Shown: positions 25,528 to 39,376 of the stretch, piece after piece
How the letters are laid out: the number at the start of each line of letters is the position of its first letter
Numbering within the stretch: the first letter of the stretch is position 1
Origin: Octopus sinensis
Lineage: Eukaryota
Length of the DNA stretch: 64,000 bases
Direction of reading: 5' to 3'
Assembly (NCBI RefSeq): GCF_006345805.1
Contig: NC_043005.1
Coordinates: forward strand, 86,552,001 to 86,616,000
Translations under genes and position numbers: made by a program
The notes under the pieces: generated by a model
The model's input: only the letters and a program-made list of their open reading frames with translations
The model's database searches: none
Told to the model about the DNA's origin: nothing

Positions 25528-27625
25528 TCTATATATATAAAACTGAGAATGTTTGTCTGTCTGTCTGTGTGAATCCCTAAAACTTGAGAACTACACAACC
25601 AATTTCATTCAAATTTTACACATGCCTTACTTAGGGCCCATGTAGTGTCATGAGCAAAAATATTTCTAACTTCTTGCCGAGGGCGAGCCCACAGTAATAT
25701 CATATCTTCTCCACTATTTCAGTATTACGTGCTAAAAGTGAAACAAAAACATCTCTCTATTGTAATGTCAGATAGTTTCAGTTTAATACTGAAACTATTA
25801 AAGTCAAACTAGTATATAAGAGGGATTAACCATTAACAGTGGACATCCATTTTGCTAGAAGAAGATCCGCTATGGTCTTATATGCTACACCACTGGTTTT
25901 CAATTCATATTAATCAAATTAATATTCAAGTTCTCAACCTTATTTTAAATTTAAATTTAAACCCAGGACCATGTGTTTTGGAACGAAGTTTGTTACCACA
26001 CAGCCACACCTGCACCTATGTATGTGTGTGTGTCTGTGTGTGTGCATGTGTGTATATCTGTATATGTATACATTTATTTCTATACATATAGATGTATATG
26101 TATACATGTAGATGTATATATATATATACATAGATGTACATATAATATCTACACATATATATTCACATATATACATGCATATATATATATACACCCATAC
26201 GCTCATACATAGGTGCAGGTGTGGCTGTGTGGTAACAAACTTCGTTCCAAAACACATGGTCCTGGGTGCAGTCTCACTGTGTGGTGACTTGGCATGTGTC
26301 TTCTGCTATAGCCTCAGACCAACCAAAGCCTTGTCAGTGGATTTTGTAGACAGAAACTGAAAGAAATCAATCGTATATATAAGTATCTATATATGTAAGT
26401 CTGTGTGTGTGTCTTTGTGTTTCTCACTCATCACTGCCTCACAACTGGTGTTCGTTTATTTAACTGATAGAATAATTACCAGGCATATCAAAATTACAAA
26501 AACACTAGGCAGTATCTCATATTTTTGTTTACCCACACAATTTATCTTTGGGTGTATGTGTGTATGTGTGTACATGCATACATACATTTTATCTAAGCAA
26601 AGACGAATAGTTGTACTCTTGGAAGCTGTGGGGTCATCCGAGCATAGCAGATGAGCATTATTTTTAATTTCTATGGTACAACAGTGTAAGAGTTTACTTT
26701 GACATACACTTAGATTGTCATTTCTGCAACGTGCTGCATAAATTGTCGAGTAAATGAGAGGCATCTTTGCCTGTACTGATTCAGTTGCAAACTGTTGAGT
26801 AAAGTTATTTGAATGCAGACCTCCGTTCAGTCTTTTTATTATCACTGGGTCACACATAGTCCCAAGATGGTAACATTGATTTCAAGGCCTTCCCAGACGA
26901 GTGACTGGTTATTTAAAGACATTCATAGATTGTAAACTTATTCTGTCCGGTTACATATCAGTACAATGGTCATTTGCAAACTCCAACTTTCATTTCTCCT
27001 TAGTTCTCACGTCACACAGTTGTTAATGTTTATTTCAGTTGGGTCACGCCCTTTTAATTGCTATAGATTCGTAATGCATCTTACGGCTGTGTCTGTCACC
27101 TGGATGGTGAGGAATCCTACATTGGGAGTGGTAACGACTAGGGTAGGGTAACTGACTGCTTATTGTGATTATTCGCCTTTTGGTTTCCTGTGGCTTTGCG
27201 CTCTTTTACAAACCCAGTGAACATATATTTCCTATTTCAAAGAAATTCAAACAATAAATATAAGACCTAAGTTAAAAATATTCGGAACAATTCAACTTCT
27301 CTGGTAGACATTAAGATGCCCACCCCCAACAGGGTCCTTAACTCTCACATTTTAGAGCTCCATGACCTTCATTTTTCAGGAGCAAAATCTTTTTAACAAG
27401 TTCAATAAGACTGGAATTTTGGAATATGCATATAAAAATCAGTAGTATGGGATATATGTGGCACGATTACAATTTTTTGAGGGTGTGTAAAGAGGGAAAT
27501 AACCCTCATCTGCAATTTTGATGAAATTTGAAACATAGATATTCCAGTTCATTAGAGTAAATATAGCAGAAAAGTCTAATTGTTCAATTGTATGTAACAC
27601 GGGCAACGCCGGGTATCTCTGCTAG
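25528..27625 (+). mobile_element. Probable 2.1-kb non-autonomous Helitron with nested SINE
   Basis: 5' A|TCTATATATATAAAAC at 25528 and 3' ACGGGCAACGCCGGGTATCTCTGCTAG|T at 27625. That both ends belong to one element is inferred. Confidence 0.65.
26208..26470 (+). mobile_element. Diverged SINE type B (5' half)
   Basis: AGGTGCAGGTGTGGCTGTGTGGTAAC...GTCTTCTGCTATAGCC. Confidence 0.8.
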
Positions 27626-27983
27626 TATTATATATATGTGTGTGTGTGTGTGTGTATATGTGTGTGCGCGTGTGTATGTGAGTGTGTGTATATCTACATA
27701 TACTTGTATATAGGTGAATATGACCTCTGTTAATTTTGAGGTTCTAATAGCTAACAAGCCACCTTCATAATTTCTTAATTTGTACGTATACATACATAAA
27801 TACATACATACATACATACATGCATATATATATTTATGTGTATGTGTTTATATATGTACTTGCAAGTAGATATATATATATATATATATATATATATCCA
27901 TATATGTGTATATGTGTATATATATATATGTATGTACATAATGTACATATGTGTGTATATATATATACATATATATATATATA

Positions 27984-28205
27984 GGCGCAGGAGTGGGTGT
28001 GTGATAAGTGGGTTGCTTACCAACCACATGGTTCCGGGTTCATTCCCACTGCGTGACATCTTGGGCAAGTGTCTTCTACTATAGCCTCGAACCCACCAAA
28101 GCCTTGTGAGTGGATTTGGTAGACGGAAACAGAAAGAAGCCCGTCGTATATATGTGTATATATGTGTGCGTACGTGTGTGTATATGTTTGCTTGTCTGTG
28201 TTTGT
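27984..28205 (+). mobile_element. SINE type B (5' half)
   Basis: GGCGCAGGAGTGGGTGTGTGATAAG...GGTTCATTCCCACTGCGTGACATCTTGGGCAAG. Confidence 0.9.
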
Positions 28206-28548
28206 AAAATGAATGAAACAAGTAAATATAGTATATATATAGATATATACAGATATATACTTATATACGGAGGCAGGGAACTTACCGAATAGCATGAAAT
28301 TACATATTTTCTTAATATTTTATACAGAATAATTTTTGTTCCATATAACTCTATAACTCTATCTATCTATTTATCCATTCACCTATATATCTCCTTCTCT
28401 CTCTTGAGATATCTATACACATATATATCCTCAGGTATGTGTGTTTGCGTGTGTTAACACTTAATATACATACGTACACATATGCACACACATGTATACA
28501 CACACACACAAACACGCAGACACGCACAGACATCGGCACACACGCATG

Positions 28549-28579
<31 letters not shown>

Positions 28580-28627
28580 ACATACATACATACATACATA
28601 CATTTATAGATAGACAGACAGACAGAC

Positions 28628-28706
<79 letters not shown>

Positions 28707-29394
28707 CAGACAGGCATTTATATACATTTACTTTCTTTTTCCCCTTCGTGAATACAACAGATTCTGCTTTGTTAGCATATTTCTAATTCCGTAAAATAAA
28801 TAAGAATTCAAGTACTTCGATCAATGTATCGAGTGTTGTTTCTTTCTAAATTATCTGCTGTTGTGAAAATGTAAGAAATCGATTTTAAAGCAGTTTGAAG
28901 CAGAAACACAAATGTAAACCCAATACTCTTCCTGAATCATATATTGACTCCAATAACACTCAGTGATAGGGACGTATTTTAATCGTATTAACATAAATTG
29001 ATATGAAATACTTTTGTCAAATCACAGCTATATCATCTGACATCTAATCCTCACAGGATAACGTGTTGTCTGAAAAATCTGCAGGGACGTTATAGAACTG
29101 AAGAATCTTTGTAACATCATATTTTACTTGAATTATACCGTATAGCTTCCCCCCTTGTCAGGTCCAATATTCAGTTTACCTAAGCGCCTACTGCTGACAG
29201 AAATATTTAATCTTATATATGCATATATCTACATATACACATGCACACACACACATATACACACACACATACATATATATATACATACATACATACACAC
29301 ACACACACATATATATATATATATTTATATATATTTATAAATGCATATATATGTTTGTATTTATATTTATATTAAATTAAATATATACATATAG

Positions 29395-29437
<43 letters not shown>

Positions 29438-29723
29438 TATAAGCATATATATGTTTGTATTTATATTTATATTAAATTGGATATATACATATAGTGATGT
29501 ATATATATATATATATATAAAATATTATTCGAGACAAAACCACTATTTTGCAAAACAAACAAGGAAAGACTTAATTAATACATAAAATTTTAATAAGTAT
29601 ATATATGTTTGTATTTATATTCATATTAAATTAAATATATACATATAGTGATATATATATATATATTGTGTTTATATTTGTATTAGATTAAAATATTTAA
29701 ATATATATATATATATAATATAA

Positions 29724-29754
<31 letters not shown>

Positions 29755-29809
29755 GATATATATATATATATATATATAAATATATATATATATGTATATA
29801 TATATATAG

Positions 29810-29845
<36 letters not shown>

Positions 29846-31214
29846 TATATATATATAAATATATATATATATGTATATATATATCCATCACATCACAGTT
29901 AAAATAAGTGTTTTCTTTTAATCCTCATTCAATATTTTATTAAAATTTGAATTCCTATAATCTTTAACACTATGGCGTTTGCCTGTCAAGGATAACATTG
30001 CATATCAAATCTAAAAAACTTATTTTACCACAACTTATTCCTTTTGCTATCAGAATAATTTGTCAAGTGTTAACAATAACTGCACTGTATAATATATCTG
30101 TGCTAATCTCTATACAGCATTAATACAACGAAGTAATATGCTGATACATGTTGGCAGGCCTTTCGAAATACTCGTTAAAGCAAATAATATTTAGATATTG
30201 CATTAAAGCATTAAAGCTCTCTGCAGGTTAGATGCCTCGTGGTTAAGCCGTTGCATTCACAACTGGACGATCAGCTTTCGATTTCCAGATTATTGAATGC
30301 GTTGTGTTATTGAGAAAAGCAGTTCATTTGACGTTGTTCAAGATATCTTAGCCTTAAATGAGTAGATTTGCAACGGGCTTGTTTCTCGTTCACGTTGTAT
30401 GTTTGGTTTTGTCTGTAACATATACGCCATAAAAACTGGATAACCGGTCCTGTGAGTTGTAAAACAGGAGTGTGAATATACTTTTCTTAAGGCCTTCAGT
30501 CACTAGAAATGACCATAAAATATAATAAATCATGCTTCGATACATTTTCAAGAGTATCCCAAACAATGGACACTCGTGTTTTGTTTATTTCACATATGTT
30601 TGATAACCATCCTCGATCTGATCCTAAGCACGACGCTCATATAAACGCCTGTACACATGCACTTAAATTTTCTTTAATCAGATTTGATATTCTTCATTCC
30701 TTCCTATTATTTGAGTATGGAATAAATCTCTATAATTTAATATACCTTGAGAATTCCGTTTCCATTCTTTACATGTCTGCTTATTTTGTAATTCTAAATA
30801 TAATCATAAATATTTTAAGTTCTAATCTTGCCATAAAAAAATGAATTTTCTGCGTTCTTTACATCTTTAATCTCTCATATTTACATTTCTTTCATCGGTC
30901 TCAGAAACCTAAAGTAAATTCAATTTATCAGATTAGCTGTGTATACGCAAACAATAAAATTGAATGTAAAGAATTATTAATTAAATAATTTTAAAAACGA
31001 AGAAAGGGAAAAAACTTATGATATTAGAAGTTATTTTGCATTCAACATTTCTTAACATTTCTTAACATTTGAGATTTTGAAAATACGTACACATGTATGC
31101 ATCATATACACACGCACACACAGATACACGTGCAAAGATCAGCCAATCATATATATATATATTGATGTTGTGGTCATGCTGGGGCAGCACCGTTGAGTGT
31201 GCTCCACCATTATT

Positions 31215-31440
31215 TGAAACCTCCTCTGATATGTGGCATTTGGCGTGAAATACAGGTTCAACGGAAACAGGAAGAAAGAACGAGAGAAAGTTGTGTTAAA
31301 AGAGTAAAGCAGGGTTCACCACCATCCCCTGCTGGAACCTCGTGGAGTTCTAGGTGTTTTCGCTCAATAAACACTCACAACACCCAGTCTGAGAATCGAA
31401 ACTGCGATCCTATGACTAAGAGTTAGCTGTCCTAAGAACT
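31215..31440 (-). mobile_element. SINE head type D, partial
   Basis: TTTCGCTCAATAAACACTCACAACACCCAGTCTGAGAATCGAAAC matches the other D copies. Confidence 0.75.
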
Positions 31441-31955
31441 AAATGAACAAGTCAGCACTAACAGAAAAAAACAAAAACAACATCAATATCTGCAGTAACA
31501 ATAGAAACAGGTTTTATTCGTAACACATTTGGAAATCTGCAGCAAGTAATACTGGTGTAGCATTGTGTGGGTTTCGTTGGAGATAAAAATGCATGAATTA
31601 GTTTTGGGAATTCGATGTATTTGTTTATTTTAGGTCGGTTATATAAGCTGCCTTAGATGTTGATTTGTATCTTATGAAAAAGTTTGAGAGTTATATGTTT
31701 TCAATATGTAGAAGAATAAACAGAAAATGACGACAGATATACACAGAAAAATATTTCCTGTCACATTTTGAAATGCATTAAGATCTTTAATTTTTTTTTT
31801 AAATATACGAATTTGTGTCTTTGATAAAGAATGGTCATATGTAAAGTGAAGAGAATCAGAAAATACGGTATCAACTATTTTCTACGGACAGCTAACATTA
31901 TGAAATTTTCAAAATCTGAGTGAAATAATGAAAAATGCATCTAATGCAGATCTAC

Positions 31956-32732
31956 GGATCTTTTCCTTTTGAACGGCAGTTTGTAACATAATTGCTAGGT
32001 AACTAAAGAGTTTTAAACTTCGTATACTGGTAGAATGTGTTTATAAAACATCATTTTCTCTTGGTTTTATTGAGAAAATTCTATGGTTTGTAAGATATTT
32101 CGTCTGAAAATCCGAGCATTTCGGCAATTTTAACCAATCGATTACCTACATTGATCTAAAATCATTTGCTGCGTCTAAAGCTGAGACAACATCCTGTAAC
32201 TAACCCTAAACCTCCCCCTAACCCTAACCCTAAACCTAACCCTAATTTTTTTTCTTAATTGTTAAATTAATTTAATTGTTACGCGTGTAAAAAAACCTAA
32301 AACAATGGAAAATAATTTAAACAATTAACAAACAAAATAATTCTATAATTTTATACACACGCTATAAAATTATAGAATTATTTTGTTTGTTAATTGTTTA
32401 AATTATTTTCCATGGCTTTAGTTTTTTTTTACACGCGTAACAATTAAATTAATTTAACAATAAAGAAAAAAAAATAGGGTTAGGGTTAAGGTTAGGGTTA
32501 AGGGGAGGTTTAGGGTCACTTAAAGGATGTTGTCTCAGTTTTAGACGCAGCAAATGATTTTAGCTCAAAATGATTTTAGCTCGAAAAATTAAACTACGTT
32601 AAACAAACAAATTACAATTTTCTCAAGAAAGCCAAGAGAAAAAATGTTTATTTTGACACATTCTACCAGTATACGAAGTTTTAAAGTGTTTAGTTAACTA
32701 GAAATTGTCTGCCGTTCAAAAGGAAAAGATCC
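31956..32732. mobile_element. Fold-back MITE (777 bp) with 8-bp TSD
   Basis: TIR GGATCTTTTCCTTTTGAACGGCAG; TSD AGATCTAC at 31948-31955 and 32733-32740. The interior is palindromic about 32357 and includes CCCTAA/TTAGGG runs. Confidence 0.9.
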
Positions 32733-33365
32733 AGATCTACAACACCTACCAGTAAAATTCCCTTGAAGTACAACATTTCTTGAAAATCATGAAACATAGG
32801 GCAATATTTTATTAGTTAAAAAAATAGTGCTACACATTCGGTCATTGGTCTCTACATAATCAGAGCTGACTTGAAGCTTCACAAATCCAGACAGGTCTTG
32901 CTACACGAATGGGTTGACGCTGAGACTTGCAATATTGATTCAGTAAATAGTTATGTTTAGATATTAGGGAGAAAAAAAACCCTAAAACAGCAAATATTCC
33001 TCACATTGACCCAAAAACCTATAATGTTACATAGAACAGAGATATTGTTAAGTGATTATTATTATTTTGTAATAAAATATATAATAGTGATGCAGTAGAA
33101 ACAGCATTATACTGAGAATGGAAACAATAACATCGATTCGATCCAATGTTGGCTAACCTTATCCAGTATGACGGATCAGTCAGGTTCAACATTTTCTTTT
33201 ATTCGCTTCCGTCATCCGACGCCGGTCATGCATCGATACCCTTGAAAATCGCGTTTGTTCTTTGATCAGAAATAGTAGCTTTGTAGACTGGAAATAAATT
33301 ATCCTCCCCATATTACTTCTATTTCAATTACAGAAATCAGTTATGGATAAAATTTGTCCATAATA

Positions 33366-33893
33366 GGCGTAGGAGTGGATGTATGGTACGTAACCTGCTT
33401 ACCAACCACATGGTTCTGGGTTCAGTCCCACTGCGTGGCACCTTGAGCAAGTGTCTTCTACTATAGCCTCGGGCCGACCAAAGCCTTGTGAGTAGACGGA
33501 AATTGAAAGAATCCTGTCGTATATATGTATATATATATATAAATTATATTAGAGATAAAACCACTATTAGGCAAATCAAACAGTGAAAAACATAAACCAA
33601 AACATAGAAAAAAATAATTGATATAATATACAAAATATATAAAATATATATAAATATATATATGTGTGTGTGTATGTACATGTATGTGTGTGTAAACTTT
33701 TTGTGTCTGTGTTTGTTCCCCCGACATCGCTTAACAACCGATGCTGGTGTGTTTACGTACCCGTAACTTAACGGTTTCTCATAATAGACCGATAGAATAA
33801 GTACTAGGCTTACAAAGAATAAGTCCTGGCTCCATTAAAGGCGGTACTCCAGCATGTCCACAGTCAAATGACTGCAACAAATAAAAGAGAGTA
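33366..33893 (+). mobile_element. SINE type B with about 115-bp insertion in its TA tract
   Basis: Full head, core and tail; the insert TTAGAGATAAAACCACTATTAGGCAAATC... lies at about 33540-33655. Confidence 0.88.
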
Positions 33894-33950
33894 ATAGAGA
33901 ATATTCATTGAGTTTACTATTTGTCTTTTTCACTCAACAAGTCTCGTAGT

Positions 33951-34290
33951 CGCAGGCGTGGCTGTCTGGTTAAAGGTCTGCATCTCAACCACATGGCATT
34001 TGGGCAAATATCTGCTTCTATAGCATCGTGCCGACCTAACTCTTGTGAGTGGATCTGGTAGACTGAAATTGATAGAAGCCCATTATATATATGTATTTAT
34101 ATCTATATCTGTCTATATGTTGGTGAGCGCGTCTGTCTGTTTTTGTCCCACACCACCCCTTGGCAACCGGTGTTGGTGTGTTTACGACTCTGTGACTCAG
34201 CGATTCAGGAAAAAGGGGCAATAGAACATTACCTTGCCTTAAGAATAACTCCTAGTGTCGATTCGTTCAACTAAAATTGTTCAAAGCTAT
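33951..34290 (+). mobile_element. Degenerate SINE type B
   Basis: CGCAGGCGTGGCTGTCTGG head, TGAGTGGATCTGGTAGAC body. Confidence 0.75.
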
Positions 34291-34429
34291 GTACCATCCT
34301 AGCTGTAATCTAATGAGTGAAACAAATAAAACATGTTTCTGTATCGATTGTAGTTTGTTTCACATGAATGTTTCCCTCAGTGGTTCAGGTGGTGTTTTGC
34401 CAAGCTGCCCCTACAACCCTTTTTCTCTT

Positions 34430-34735
34430 GCATCATTGCTTGGGCTGGGTCAGGGGCTGAATGCATTCCATAAACGACGTCAACGCAGAGATGTTAAGAT
34501 CACCTGCAGGGACAGAAAAAAAGAATACCCCTAAATAGCAATAGAGAGAGACCTAGGAATAGAGGGAGACTCAAAAAGATATGGCGTACCGCCGTCAAAG
34601 AATATCTAAAGCAACTCATAATTTCCTGGGATTAAGTGTAGGCGATTAAGCCCAAAGCTAGGATCAATCGAGACGTCTAAGTGTCCGATGTTGCAACCAA
34701 ATGTACAAAGGGGACAAAGGCTTAAGCAACCAATG
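34430..34735 (+). pseudogene. Decayed RTE-like LINE 3' end
   Basis: RPRNRGRLKKIWRTAVKEYLKQLIISW resembles the KR.RGRP..TW...V..L...SW C-terminal motif. Confidence 0.55.
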
Positions 34736-36137
34736 CCATGTAGTTGAACCGCAGATAAATAGATTTATATAAAGAAAATATGTACTGCATGTGAAAGGAA
34801 ACAGTTTAGGATTGAAGCTGCATTCGTAATTCTAGAATGTACTGGAGAGTTCTAAGCGGTCGACAACCTTATTGCTCTTACATCGTATTTCATTTATAAT
34901 GAAAATAGAAAGTTATTCTGATATCAATCGAAATTGGTAAATTACATAAATCTTATGTTATAGAAAATGGATCGCGTGATGAACAGACGTCGTTAAAATT
35001 TGTACGGTGAAAGCAGAAAAACAGAATTAAATAAAGAAAGGAATAAAATTCGGTTTCCTGTCATACATAGTTTATCTAAATATAACAAGAATAAAAATGA
35101 TGTTATTGTATCGCATTTATTGTTTTGTTTGAACAACATAGTGTCATATAAATCATTTAACAAGGAGGAAAACAAAAATTATGTAGTATTAATTCACAAT
35201 ACTTAGACCTCGTTGTTACTGCATGGATAACATAACTAAGTGTATATTTTTACTTCGCAAATAAAGCAGAAAGTGTTGTTGGTTTTTACTTTGGTTTATT
35301 TTGTTTTCATAAAGTTGGGTTATAACCAATTCTATTTACCGTGGCTATCCTATTAGGAAATATTGTATAATCATTTAAATGTAAAGTAATAGAGCCAATC
35401 CTGAAGGGAGAAAGAGTAAACGGGATTAAACATAATCTGGTATTCTCAAAGAAATTTTTTCTTGAAATACTTCAAAGGATAAAATTAGATAACTTTATTA
35501 GGTGGAATCCAAACTGACGGATTAAAACACTCCAGTATTCTAGGCTGCCAAATAAATCTGTTCGGTTTTTGTTTTCTGTTTGGCACTCCATTATCGTGTC
35601 TGAAATAATAAGAAACAACAGGGGTCGACGAAGACTAGAACTAGAAACACCGATAAAACAACGAGAGAAATATTGTTCGCGTTAATTCAAATGTCTTTCA
35701 TCATTTGTTGTTTCATTCATTAGATTGCGAGAATGCTGGGGCACCACCTTATTATTTCTTTAAAATCTGGTATTCTATTGGCTCTCTTTTGCCAAGCTGC
35801 TAAGTTACGGAGACATAAACACACCGATACCAGTTCTCAAGTGGTTGTGCCAGGCGGTGGTAGGGAACAAAAACAGGCACAAAGATACGCATTGACATAT
35901 GTATATGTATGTGTATGTGTATGTATATGTTCAATGCTCGAAATGAGGACTAGATAGACAGCCGACAACTGATGAAGGGTCGTTCTTTATGTTGCTTGTC
36001 CTGTTTTCCATTTGTTTCTCTCGTTTGCGTATTCAAATTTGTTTTCGTATTTCCTGTTGTTTACTGTTGGTGACGTCCTGTACCATATATGCATATATAT
36101 ATATATATATATGTGTGTATGTGCGCGTGTGTGTGTA

Positions 36138-36184
<47 letters not shown>

Positions 36185-36679
36185 TATATTATATATATAT
36201 TTATGTATGTGTGTGTATACAAAACGATCTTCTTTCAGTCTATCAACTTCACTTACTAGGCTTCAGTCGGCCCAACTCTATAATAAAAGAGCCCTTATCC
36301 AACCTGGCACGCAGCGGGGCAGGACGCCCAACGATGTGTTTGTGATGCAAGCCTATTACCACAGGGTCACGCCCAAATAATATTGTAATAAAAGAAGAAA
36401 AAAAACGAACGAATTTAACGAATAACAGAAATTATTCGCGATTGATTTTTTCACCTCCCAGGATGAAATGCAAATGTTCCCCTCTCATTCTGGACTCAAT
36501 ACAAGCACAGCTGGTGATACAGTATGGTGCAAAAGTGTTACAACATTAGTATCATTTAGTAAGCAACGCATTGTGCCTTCGTTATTAGTATATTGCGCTG
36601 CCAAAATGTTATACATGCGCAGAAAACTTTGATAAGTTATTTATGATGCTAATGTGAAGGTGACGCGTTGTGTACTCCA

Positions 36680-36880
36680 GCGAGACACTTAATTTCACGT
36701 TGCTCCCGTCTACTCAGCTGGCAAAAATGAGTAGTGCAGATATTTCAAAGGGGCCAGCCTTGTCACACTCTGTGTCCCGCTGAATCTCCCTGAGAACTAC
36801 GTTGAAGGTGTCCACGAGCAGGCTGTTCTGTTGATCGTATCAGCTGGGACACTCGTCGTCGTAACTGACGGAGTGCTCCT
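36680..36880 (+). mobile_element. SINE type C central domain with D-type tail
   Basis: TTTCACGTTGCTCCCGTCTACTCAGCTGGCAAAAATGAGT followed by CCAGCCTTGTCACACTCTGTGTC and GAGCAGGCTGTTC. Confidence 0.75.
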
Positions 36881-37209
36881 TTTATTATGCTAATACTGTT
36901 GCGCCCATCCCTAATTTCATTTAAATTCCGCTCCCATCCTCTGCCATTCGTGTTCCACTCCATCCATTTCCATATTTTATTAGATACAGACATAAAAATC
37001 TGCATTGTATTGGTAAGCGGCCACAACTGGATAAATAGCCAGTATCAGTCGTGACTTTCAGAGACATTTTCGTTGAAGTTCGGTTAAAATATTCATTGGT
37101 TGAAAAAAAAAATTAAAATGTCATATTTAGAGAAAACATGGAACAACAACCGTCAATATTATTTATTTATATTTAAGCATATACATATATACATATAAAT
37201 ACAAACACA

Positions 37210-37270
<61 letters not shown>

Positions 37271-38795
37271 GCGGTGCTCCAGTCAAATGACTGAAACAAG
37301 TAAAAGAATAAAAGAATATGCATATATATATGCATATTTATTTTGTTAGATGTGCGTGAGTACATATCAAGTTATCCTCGTTACTTGTCCATACATCTCG
37401 CTATCTGTGAGTATATTTGTGTATATGCGGTTCTGTCCGCTCACACACATACGCACGCATGTGCGCACACATACATACTCACGCGCACACATATCCACAC
37501 TTATGTATACAAGTAAATGTGTGTGCGCGCATGTCTGTCTTTGTACGCATACACTGCGCGTTCTTTGCATGTGGCGTGATAATTAATAACATTTCATATT
37601 AGACAATTTCACTAAGAATATAAATTCTTTGACATGCATACATTTACACCAATGAATATATGCATACATCCCTGGAGCTCATGTTTTGATGTACATGGAT
37701 ATAAACACACACACACATATATATATATATACATGATATAGCTACATATGGATATATCTATAAGTATATGTATACACATCTATAGACACACACAGACACA
37801 CACATATACATTCACTCACATACATACACATACACACAAACTCACATATACACATTTGTGTGTGTGTGTGTGTGTGTGTGTGTTTGTGTCAGTGTGTGCT
37901 CAATGCCGGCTTAATAATATATTATTTTACGTTATTTTACATGATTCGTAACGATTGTTAAAATTAATTACAATAGAATGGCATGTCTTTGACCAATCAG
38001 CCGTCACCGCCTTCCTGAACTGCAGGGTAACAATGATTGTCGGTGAAACGATGACATTTGGAAACGCAATGACTGCATTGCCACCACCACTTCACTTCAA
38101 GTCATCTCCTTCGCCATTTCTTTAAAATATGCAAAGATCAACAACTCTTTCTTTCACTCGATCTCCTTACTTCCGTCACTGTTGGAATTTTCCGCTTGTT
38201 GCATTTTTCGGAAGAGATCATGCATGCCATTCTTTAATGTGAACACTGTTCTATAACTTGCAGACTCTTTTAAAAGAATATTACAATCCTGGTTTAGAAA
38301 AGTTGGTGGCCTTTTCAAACGCGTTTTTCTTTTTTGCTTGTTTACAACGCGATCACAATTCGTAGCACATTTCTCTTTTGTTTCTGATATTGTTGTCATT
38401 AAGATTGATATTAAAATATGTAGACCCACGCTATCATGTGGTTATGTATTCTGTCAACAGAATCACATGACGGTTTATACTTAGGATGTTCTTGTTTACT
38501 CTTTGCAGAGCTCATGCTGACAAGATATATAATTTAAACACAATATTATTTACAGCATGCTGCATCCATTAATCATGGTAGTATTTAGACTGCAGCCATG
38601 CTGGGGCACCTCCTCGGACTACCTTTAGTCGAATAAATCGACCCCACTTCATCTGTGTCGCTTTCTATTTAAACCTACAGTTTTTTGTTGTTGTTTTTTT
38701 TCTTACCAAACTGCTAATTACGAGGCCGTAAACATACGATGACCGTTTGCAAAGCGGCGATTGCGAATAAACAGAGAGTTACACACAGACACATA

Positions 38796-38844
<49 letters not shown>

Positions 38845-39031
38845 GTATGTATGTATGTATGTATATATATATTATATATATATATATATATATAATATAT
38901 ATATATATATATTCATATATATGTGGTGTCCTGTACTCACGTATAATTATTTATATATGCATGTATATATACATGTAGATGTAGGTACGTACATATATGT
39001 TTGTATGTATGCATATATTTTTATTGATCAC

Positions 39032-39062
<31 letters not shown>

Positions 39063-39072
39063 CATACATATA

Positions 39073-39376
39073 TGTAGAGGCGCAATGCTCCAGTGATTAG
39101 GGCAGAGGACTCGCGGTCGTAGGATCGCGGTTCCGATTTCCAGACCGGGCATTGTGAGTGTTTATTGAGCGAAAACGCCTAAAGCTCCACGAGGCACCGG
39201 CAAGGGGGAAGCGATCCGCGCTATACTCTTTCGCCGCAATACTCTCTCACTCATTCTTCTGTTGGTCTGCCCGCTTAGCCAGTGGGTGGTATCATTTGAA
39301 GGCTAAAACAATGCGAAGCGCATTGTGACCAGCGATGTGTAGCAACATCTGACAGCCTGGTTGGTGATCACGTGAT
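39073..39376 (+). mobile_element. SINE head type D with RTE-derived tail
   Basis: GTAGAGGCGCAATGCTCCAGTGATTAGGG head; tail GAAGCGCATTGTGACCAG is shared with the LINE end at 60197-60252. Confidence 0.8.

Noticed and set aside
35935-35985. GAAA...CTGATGA as a possible type II hammerhead
   Set aside because: I could not form helix I or III; it is probably a repeat fragment with isolated core-like words.
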